DNA of 64,000 nucleotides from Eledone cirrhosa (Eukaryota): positions 19,220,001 to 19,284,000 of the forward strand of contig OZ024744.1 in assembly GCA_964016885.1 (NCBI GenBank), written 5' to 3'. Within the stretch, counting starts at the first letter, position 1. Each line of letters starts with the position of its first letter. Positions 54,901 to 64,000 of the stretch are shown in pieces. The translations under genes and the position numbers were made by a program. The notes under the pieces are model-generated. The model was not told where the DNA came from, searched no databases, and was given only the letters and a program-made list of their open reading frames with translations.

Positions 54901-57900
54901 TGTGTCACTGTGTATGTCATTGTGAGTTTCTGTATGTCTGTGTCACTGTGTATGTCACTGTGTGTTTCTGTATGTCTGTGTCACTGTGTATGTCACTGTA
55001 TCTTTGTGTATGTCTGTGTCACTGTGTATGTCACTGTGTGTTTCTGTATGTCTGTGTCACTGTGTATGTCACTGTGTGTTTCTGTATGTCTGTGTCACGG
55101 TGTATGTCACTGTATGTTTGTGTATGCCTGTGTCACTCTTATATCAATGAATGTTTCTGTATGTCTATGTCTCTGTGTATGTCACTGTATCTTTGTGTAT
55201 GTCTGTGGCACTCTGTATGTCATTGTGTGTTTCTGTATGTCTGTGTCACTGTCTATGTCACTGTATCTTTGTGTATGTCTGTGTCACTGTGTATGTCACT
55301 GTGTGTTTGTGTATGCCTGTGTCACTGTGTATGTCACTGTATGTTTATGTATGCCTGTGTCACTGTGTATATCAATGTATGTTTCTGTATGTCTATGTCT
55401 CTGTATGTCACTGTATCTTTGTGTATGACTGTGTCACTGTGTATGTCACTGTGTGTTTGTGTGTGTCTGTGTCACTGTGTATGTCACTGTATGTTTCTCT
55501 ATGTCTGTGTCACTGTGTATGTCACTGTATGTTTCTGTATGTCGGTGTCACTGTGTATGTCACTGTATGTTTATGTATGTCTGTGTCACGGTGTATGTCA
55601 CTGTATGTTTGTGTATGTATGTATGTGTCACTGTGTATGTCACTGTATGTTTCTGTATGTCTGTGTCACTGTGTATGTTACTGTATCTTTGTGTATGTCT
55701 GTGTCACTGTGTATGTCACTGGGTGTTTCTGTATGTCTGTGTCACTGTGTATCTCGCTGTGTGTTTCTGTATGTCTGTGTATCTGTGTATGTCACTGTAT
55801 CTTTGTGTATGTCTGTGTCACTATGTATGTCACTGTGTGTTTCTGTATGTCTGTGTCACTGTGTATGTCACTGTATGTTTCTGTATGTCTGTGTCACTGT
55901 GTATGTCACTGTATGTTTGTGTGTGTCTGTGTCACTGTGTATGTCACTGTGTTTTTGCGTGTGTCTGTATCACTGTGTATGTCACTGTGTGTTTGTGTAT
56001 GTATGTGTCACTGTGTATGTCACTGTGTGTTTCTGTATGTCTGTGTCACTGTGTATGTTACTGTGTGTTTCTGTATGTCTGTGTCACTGTGTATGTCACT
56101 GGGTGTTTCTGTATGTCTGTGTCACTGTGTATCTCGCTGTGTGTTTCTGTATGTCTGTGTATCTGTGTATGTCACTGTATCTTTGTGTATATCTGTGTCA
56201 CTATGTATGGCACTGTGTGTTTCTGTATGTCTGTGTCACTGTGTATGTCAATATGTTTGTATGTATTTGTGTCACTGTGTATGTCACTGTATGTTTCTGT
56301 ATGTATGTGTCACTGTGTATGTCACTGTATGTTTGTGTGTGTCTGTGTCACTGTGTATGTCACTGTGTTTTTGCGTGTGTCTGTGTCACTGTGTATGTTA
56401 CTGTGTGTTTGTGTATGTATGTGTCACTGTGTATGTCATTGTGTGTTTCTGTATGTCTGTGTCACTGTGTATGTCACTGTATGTTTGTGTGTGTCTGTGT
56501 CACTGTGGATGTCACTGTGTGTTTCTGTATGTCTGTGTCACTGTGTATGTCATTGTGTGTTTCTGTATGTCTGTGCGACTGTGTATGTCACTGTATGTTT
56601 CAGTATGTCGGTGTCACTGTGTATGTCACTGTATTTTTGTGTATGTCTGTATCACTGTGTATGTCACAGTATGTTTCTGTATGTCTGTGTCACTGTGTAT
56701 GTCAATGTGTGTTTCTGTATGTCTGTGTCACGGTGTATGTCACTGTATGTTTGTGTATGTATGTGTCACTGTGTATGTCACTGTATGTTTCTGTATGTCT
56801 GTGTCACTGTGTATGTCACTGGGTGTTTCTGTATGTCTGTGTCACTGTGTATCTCGCTGTGTGTTTCTGTATGTCTTTGTATCTGTGTATGTCACTGTAT
56901 GTTTGTGTATGTCTGTGTCACTGTATCTTTGTGTGTGTCTGTGTCACTGTGTATGTCACTGTATCTTTGTGTGTGTCTGTGTCACTGTGTATGTCACCCT
57001 ATGTTTGTGTATGTCTGTGTCACTGTGTATGTCACTGTATGTTTCTGTATGTCTGTGTCAATGTGTATGCCAATGTGTGTTTCTGTATCTCTGTGTCACG
57101 GCGTATGTCACTGTATGTTTGTGTATGTCTGTGTCACTGTCTATGTCACTGTGTGTTTCTGTATGTCTGTGTCATTGTGTACGTCACTGTATGTTTCTGT
57201 ATGTCTGTGTCACTGTGTATATCACTGTGTGTTCCTGTATGTCTGTGTCACTGTGTCTCTGTGTATGTTTGTGTATGTCTGTGTCACTGTGTATGTCACT
57301 GTATCTTTGTGTATGTATGTGTCACCGTGGATGTCACTGTATCTTTGTGTATGTCTGTGTCAGTGTCAATGTCACTGTATCTTTGTGTATGTCTGTGTCA
57401 CTGTGTATGTCACTGTGTGTTTGTGTATGCATGTGTCACTGTGTATGTCACTGGGTGTTTCTGTGTGTCTGTGTCACTCTGTATGTCACTGTATCTTTGT
57501 GTATGTCTGTGTCACCGTGTATGTCACTGTATCTGTGTGTATGTATGTGTCACTGTGTATGTTACTTTGTGTTTCTGTATGTCTGTGTCACGGTGTATGT
57601 CACTGTATGTTTGTGTATGTCTGTGTCACTGTGTATGTCATTGTGAGTTTCTGTATGTCTGTGTCACTGTGTATGTCACTGTGTGTTTCTGTATGTTTGT
57701 GTCACTGTGTATGTCACTGTATCTTTGTGTATGTCTGTGTCACTGTGTATGTCACTGTGTGTTTCTGTATGTCTATGTCTCTGTGTATGTCACTGTATCT
57801 TTGTGTATGTCTGTGGCACTTTGTATGTCATTGTGTGTTTCTGTATGTCCGTGTCACTGTCTATGTCACTGTATATTTGTGTATGTCTGTGTCACTGTGT

Positions 57901-60900
57901 ATGTCACTGTGTGTTTGTGTATGCCTGTGTCACTGTGTATGTCACTGTGTGTTTCTGTATGTCTGTGTCACTGTGTATGTCACTGGGTGTTTCTCTATGT
58001 CTGTGTCACTTTGTATGTCACTGTATCTTTGTGTATATCTGTGTCACCGTGTATGTCACTGTATCTTTGTGTATGTATGTGTCACTGTGTATGTCACTGT
58101 GTGTTTCTGTATGTCTGTGTCTCTGTGTATGTCACTGTATCTATGTGTATGTCTGTGTCACTGTGTATGTCACTGTGTGTTTGTGTATGCCTGTGTGACT
58201 GTGTATTTCACTGTTTGTTTCTTTATGCCTGTGTCACTGTGTATGTCACTGGGTGTTTCTGTATGTCTGTGTCACTCTGTATGTCACTGTATCTTTGTGT
58301 ATGTCTCTGTCACCGTGTATGTCACTGTGTCTTTGTGTATGTGTGTGTCACCATGTAAGTAATTTATCTTTGTGTATATCTGTCACTGTGTATATCAATG
58401 TATGTTTATGTATGCCTGTGTCACTGTGTATATCAATGTATGTTTCTGTATGTCTATGTCTCTGTATTTCACTGTATCTTTGTGTATGACTGTGTCACTG
58501 TGTATGTCACTGTGTGTTTGTGTGTGTCTGTGTCACTGTGTATGTCACTGTATGTTTCTCTATGTCTGTGTCACTGTGTATGTAACTGTATGTTTCTGCA
58601 TGTCTGTGCCACTGTGTATGTCACTGTATGTTTCTGTATGTCGGTGTCACTGTGTATGTCAATGTGTGTTTGTGTATGTATGTGTCACTGTGTATGTCAC
58701 TGTATGTTTATGTATGTCTGTGTCACTGTGTATGTTACTGTATGTTTCTGTATGTCTGTGTCACTGTGTATGTCACTGGGTGTTTCTGTATGTCTGTGTC
58801 ACTGTGTATCTCGCTGTGTGTTTCTGTATGTCTGTGTATCTGTGTATGTCACTGTATATTTGTGTATGTCTGTGTCACTATGTATGTCACTGTGTGTTTC
58901 TGTATGTCTGTGTCACTGTGTATGTCACTGTATGTTTCTGTATGTCTGTGTCACTGTGTATGTCAATGTGTTTGTATGTGTTTGTGTCACTGTGTATGTC
59001 ACTGTATGTTTCTGTATGTCTGTGTCACTGTGTATGTCACTGTATGTTTGTGTGTGTCTGTGTCACTGTGTATGTCACTGTGTTTTTGCGTGTGTCTGTG
59101 TCACTGTGTATGTCACTGTGTGTTTGTGTATGTATGTGTCACTGTGTATGTCACTGTGTGTTTCTGTATGTCTGTGTCACTGTGTATGTCACTGTGTGTT
59201 TCTGTATGTCTGTGCCACTGTGTATGTCATTGTGAGTTTCTGTATGTCTGTGTCACTGTGTATGTCACTGTGTGTTTCTGTATGTTTGTGTCACTGTGTA
59301 TGTCACTGTATCTTTGTGTATGTCTGTGTCACTGTGTATGTCACTGTGTGTTTCTGTATGTCTATGTCTCTGTGTATGTCACTGTATCTTTGTGTATGTC
59401 TGTGGCACTGTGTATGTCACCCTATGTTTGTGTATGTCTGTGTCACTGTGTATGTCACTGTATGTCTCTGTATGTCTGTGTCACTGTGTATGTCACTGTA
59501 TCTTTGTGTGTGTCTGTGTCACTGTGTATGTCACTGTATCTTTGTGTGTGTCTGTGTCACTGTGTATGTCACCCTATGTTTGTGTATGTCTGTGTCACTG
59601 TGTATGTCACTGTATGTTTCTGTATGTCTGTGTCACTGTGTATGTCAATGTGTGTTTCTGTATCTCTGTGTCACGGCGTATGTCACTGTATGTTTGTGTA
59701 TGTCTGTGTCAATGTGTATGTCACTGTATGTTTGTGTATGTCTGTGTCACTGTCTATGTCACTGTGTGTTTCTCTATGTCTGTGTCATTGTGTATGTCAC
59801 TGTATGTTTCTGTATGTCTGTGTCACTGTGTATATCACTGTGTATATCACTGTGTGTTCCTGTATGTCTGTGTCACTGTGTCTCTGTGTATGTTTGTGTA
59901 TGTATGTGTCACCGTGGATGTTACTGTATCTTTGTGTATGTCTGTGTCACTGTGTATGTCACTGTGTGTTTGTGTATGCATGTGTCACTGTGTATGTCAC
60001 TGGGTGTTTCTGTGTGTATGTGTCACTCTGTATGTCACTGTATCTTTGTGTATGTCTGTGTCACCGTGTATGTCACTGTATGTTTGTGTATGTCTGTGTC
60101 ACTGTGTATGTCATTGTGAGTTTCTGTATGTCTGTGTCACTGTGTATGTCACTGTGTGTTTCTGTATGTCTGTGTCACTGTGTATGTCACTGTATCTTTG
60201 TGTATGTCTGTGTCACTGTGTATGTCACTGTGTGTTTCTGTATGTCTGTGTCACTGTGTATGTCACTGTGTGTTTCTGTATGTCTGTGTCACGGTGTATG
60301 TCACTGTATGTTTGTGTATGCCTGTGTCACTCTTATATCAATGAATGTTTCTGTATGTCTATGTCTCTGTGTATGTCACTGTATCTTTGTGTATGTCTGT
60401 GGCACTCTGTATGTCATTGTGTGTTTCTGTATGTCTGTGTCACTGTCTATGTCACTGTATCTTTGTGTATGTCTGTGTCACTGTGTATGTCACTGTGTGT
60501 TTGTGTATGCCTGTGTCACTGTGTATGTCACTGTATGTTTATGTATGCCTGTGTCACTGTGTATATCAATGTATGTTTCTGTATGTCTATGTCTCTGTAT
60601 GTCACTGTATCTTTGTGTATGACTGTGTCACTGTGTATGTCACTGTGTGTTTGTGTGTGTCTGTGTCACTGTGTATGTCACTGTATGTTTCTCTATGTCT
60701 GTGTCACTGTGTATGTCACTGTATGTTTCTGTATGTCGGTGTCACTGTGTATGTCACTGTATGTTTATGTATGTCTGTGTCACGGTGTATGTCACTGTAT
60801 GTTTGTGTATGTATGTGTCACTGTGTATGTCACTGTATGTTTCTGTATGTCTGTGTCACTGTGTATGTTACTGTATCTTTGTGTATGTCTGTGTCACTGT

Positions 60901-63900
60901 GTATGTCACTGGGTGTTTCTGTATGTCTGTGTCACTGTGTATCTCGCTGTGTGTTTCTGTATGTCTGTGTATCTGTGTATGTCACTGTATCTTTGTGTAT
61001 GTCTGTGTCACTATGTATGTCACTGTGTGTTTCTGTATGTCTGTGTCACTGTGTATGTCACTGTATGTTTCTGTATGTCTGTGTCACTGTGTATGTCACT
61101 GTATGTTTGTGTGTGTCTGTGTCACTGTGTATGTCACTGTGTTTTTGCGTGTGTCTGTATCACTGTGTATGTCACTGTGTGTTTGTGTATGTATGTGTCA
61201 CTGTGTATGTCACTGTGTGTTTCTGTATGTCTGTGTCACTGTGTATGTTACTGTGTGTTTCTGTATGTCTGTGTCACTGTGTATGTCACTGGGTGTTTCT
61301 GTATGTCTGTGTCACTGTGTATCTCGCTGTGTGTTTCTGTATGTCTGTGTATCTGTGTATGTCACTGTATCTTTGTGTATGTCTGTGTCACTATGTATGG
61401 CACTGTGTGTTTCTGTATGTCTGTGTCACTGTGTATGTCAATATGTTTGTATGTATTTGTGTCACTGTGTATGTCACTGTATGTTTCTGTATGTATGTGT
61501 CACTGTGTATGTCACTGTATGTTTGTGTGTGTCTGTGTCACTGTGTATGTCACTGTGTTTTGCGTGTGTCTGTGTCACTGTGTATGTTACTGTGTGTTTG
61601 TGTATGTATGTGTCACTGTGTATGTCATTGTGTGTTTCTGTATGTCTGTGTCACTGTGTATGTCACTGTATGTTTGTGTGTGTCTGTGTCACTGTGGATG
61701 TCACTGTGTGTTTCTGTATGTCTGTGTCACTGTGTATGTCATTGTGTTTCTGTATGTCTGTGCGACTGTGTATGTCACTGTATGTTTCAGTATGTCGGTG
61801 TCACTGTGTATGTCACTGTATTTTTGTGTATGTCTGTATCACTGTGTATGTCACAGTATGTTTCTGTATGTCTGTGTCACTGTGTATGTCAATGTGTGTT
61901 TCTGTATGTCTGTGTCACGGTGTATGTCACTGTATGTTTGTGTATGTATGTGTCACTGTGTATGTCACTGTATGTTTCTGTATGTCTGTGTCACTGTGTA
62001 TGTCACTGGGTGTTTCTGTATGTCTGTGTCACTGTGTATCTCGCTGTGTGTTTCTGTATGTCTTTGTATCTGTGTATGTCACTGTATGTTTGTGTATGTC
62101 TGTGTCACTGTATCTTTGTGTGTGTCTGTGTCACTGTGTATGTCACTGTATCTTTGTGTGTGTCTGTGTCACTGTGTATGTCACCCTATGTTTGTGTATG
62201 TCTGTGTCACTGTGTATGTCACTGTATGTTTCTGTATGTCTGTGTCAATGTGTATGCCAATGTGTGTTTCTGTATCTCTGTGTCACGGCGTATGTCACTG
62301 TATGTTTGTGTATGTCTGTGTCACTGTCTATGTCACTGTGTGTTTCTGTATGTCTGTGTCATTGTGTACGTCACTGTATGTTTCTGTATGTCTGTGTCAC
62401 TGTGTATATCACTGTGTGTTCCTGTATGTCTGTGTCACTGTGTCTCTGTGTATGTTTGTGTATGTCTGTGTCACTGTGTATGTCACTGTATCTTTGTGTA
62501 TGTATGTGTCACCGTGGATGTCACTGTATATTTGTGTATGTCTGTGTCAGTGTCAATGTCACTGTATCTTTGTGTATGTCTGTGTCACTGTGTATGTCAC
62601 TGTGTGTTTGTGTATGCATGTGTCACTGTGTATGTCACTGGGTGTTTCTGTGTGTCTGTGTCACTCTGTATGTCACTGTATCTTTGTGTATGTCTGTGTC
62701 ACCGTGTATGTCACTGTATCTGTGTGTATGTATGTGTCACTGTGTATGTTACTTTGTGTTTCTGTATGTCTGTGTCACGGTGTATGTCACTGTATGTTTG
62801 TGTATGTCTGTGTCACTGTGTATGTCATTGTGAGTTTCTGTATGTCTGTGTCACTGTGTATGTCACTGTGTGTTTCTGTATGTTTGTGTCACTGTGTATG
62901 TCACTGTATCTTTGTGTATGTCTGTGTCACTGTGTATGTCACTGTGTGTTTCTGTATGTCTATGTCTCTGTGTATGTCACTGTATCTTTGTGTATGTCTG
63001 TGGCACTTTGTATGTCATTGTGTGTTTCTGTATGTCTGTGTCACTGTCTATGTCACTGTATATTTGTGTATGTCTGTGTCACTGTGTATGTCACTGTGTG
63101 TTTGTGTATGCCTGTGTCACTGTGTATGTCACTGTGTGTTTCTGTATGTCTGTGTCACTGTGTATGTCACTGGGTGTTTCTCTATGTCTGTATCACTTTG
63201 TATGTCACTGTATCTTTGTGTATATCTGTGTCACCGTGTATGTCACTGTATCTTTGTGTATGTATGTGTCACTGTGTATGTCACTGTGTGTTTCTGTATG
63301 TCTGTGTCTCTGTGTATGTCACTGTATCTCTGTGTATGTGTGTGTCACTGTGTATGTCACTGTGTGTTTGTGTATGCCTGTGTGACTGTGTATTTCACTG
63401 TTTGTTTCTGTATGCCTGTGTCACTGTGTATGTCACTGGGTGTTTCTGTATGTCTGTGTCACTCTGTATGTCACTGTATCTTTGTGTATGTCTCTGTCAC
63501 CGTGTATGTCACTGTGTCTTTGTGTATGTGTGTGTCACCATGTAAGTAATTTATCTTTGTGTATGTCTGTCACTGTGTATATCAATGTATGTTTATGTAT
63601 GCCTGTGTCACTGTGTATATCAATGTATGTTTCTGTATGTCTATGTCTCTGTATGTCACTGTATCTTTGTGTATGACTGTGTCACTGTGTATGTCACTGT
63701 GTGTTTGTGTGTGTCTGTGTCACTGTGTATGTCACTGTATGTTTCTCTATGTCTGTGTCACTGTGTATGTAACTGTATGTTTCTGCATGTCTGTGCCACT
63801 GTGTATGTCACTGTATGTTTCTGTATGTCGGTGTCACTGTGTATGTCAATGTGTGTTTCTGTATGTCTGTGTCACGGTGTATGTCACTGTATGTTTGTGT

Positions 63901-64000
63901 ATGTATGTGTCACTGTGTATGTCACTGTATGTTTATGTATGTCTGTGTCACTGTGTATGTTACTGTGTGTTTCTGTATGTCTGTGTCACTGTGTATGTCA
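45923..64000. repeat. 23,422-bp higher-order unit, copy 2 (truncated by the window end; matches 22501-40578)
   Basis: The offset stays at 23422 with no net indel over 18 kb. Differences seen: 24142T/47564C, 24776T/48198A, 26367C/49789A, 26589C/50011A, 27553C/50975G, 34078A/57500T, 36520A/59942C. Confidence 0.93.

Larger units (their letters stand above)
1..64000. repeat. Tandem satellite array, 38-bp monomer (consensus GTCACTGTGTATGTCACTGTRTSTTTSTGTATGTCTGT), ~1,680 copies, single orientation, extends beyond both window edges
   Basis: The monomer is directly readable throughout, e.g. gtcactgtgtat-gtcactgtatcttt-gtgtatgtctgt (12+14+12 = 38 bp). I found no non-repeat insert and no inverted block. 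Copy number is estimated as 64000/38. Confidence 0.99.

Noticed and set aside
5-63676. Numerous long + strand ORFs (up to 1530 aa) rich in C, V, M, S, L, Y and H, with apparent CxC/CHC motifs
   Set aside because: They are open in all three + frames at once with the same repeating peptide, because the 38-bp consensus has no TAA, TAG or TGA on that strand and 38 is not a multiple of 3. Stops occur only at sporadic variant monomers. The minus strand has TGA (GTGAC) in every monomer. There is no domain structure, so these are not metallothioneins, zinc fingers or keratin-associated proteins.
1-64000. CRISPR-like constant repeat plus variable spacer pattern
   Set aside because: The variable part is only ~8 bp, drawn from a few related alleles that recur hundreds of times. 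There are no unique spacers, leader or cas genes.
1-64000. Telomeric (TG1-3 or TTAGGG-like) or G-quadruplex-forming repeat
   Set aside because: G runs are essentially absent apart from occasional GGG variants, and the 38-bp variant structure does not match a telomerase-templated repeat.
1-64000. Antigen-receptor D/J/V gene cluster implied by the RSS-like motifs
   Set aside because: Only 10 bp separate each nonamer from the next heptamer, all signals face one way, and no coding segments (J-type WGxG/FGxG motif, V domain) or oppositely oriented flanking RSS with nonamer are present.
1-64000. Extended Z-DNA-forming tract
   Set aside because: Purine-pyrimidine alternation is interrupted every ~8-14 bp by CT and TT steps, and there are no long pure (GT)n or (CG)n runs.
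1-64000. Assignment as centromeric DNA or to a named satellite family or species
   Set aside because: I do not recognise the monomer as a named family and see no CENP-B box. Chromosomal position and host cannot be inferred without flanking sequence or database searches.

Overview
The whole 64 kb window is one uninterrupted head-to-tail satellite array, all in one orientation, of a 38-bp TG-rich monomer: GTCACTGTGTATGTCACTGT(A/G)T(C/G)TTT(G/C)TGTATGTCTGT, about 1,680 copies by length/38. I see no genes, RNA genes, transposon ORFs or unique flanks. The + strand ORFs are artefacts of a monomer that has no stop codon on that strand. Rare variant monomers act as landmarks and show nested segmental duplications, with offsets of 329, ~870, 3409, 3975, ~5190, 6299, 8211, 8708 and ~12,600 bp. 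The largest is a very recent 23,422-bp tandem duplication (22501-45922 repeated from 45923 to the window end), in which I found only seven single-base differences. The most striking observation is on the minus strand, where the monomer reads CACAGTG + 12-bp spacer (ACACAGACATAC) + A-rich nonamer (ACAAAGATA, ACAAACACA, ACAAAAATA, GCAAAAACA) + 10 bp. This is the geometry of a V(D)J 12-RSS, repeated in tandem. The sequence alone cannot show whether that is functional, ancestral or a by-product of CA-rich sequence. The host is presumably a eukaryote but cannot be identified from this window.
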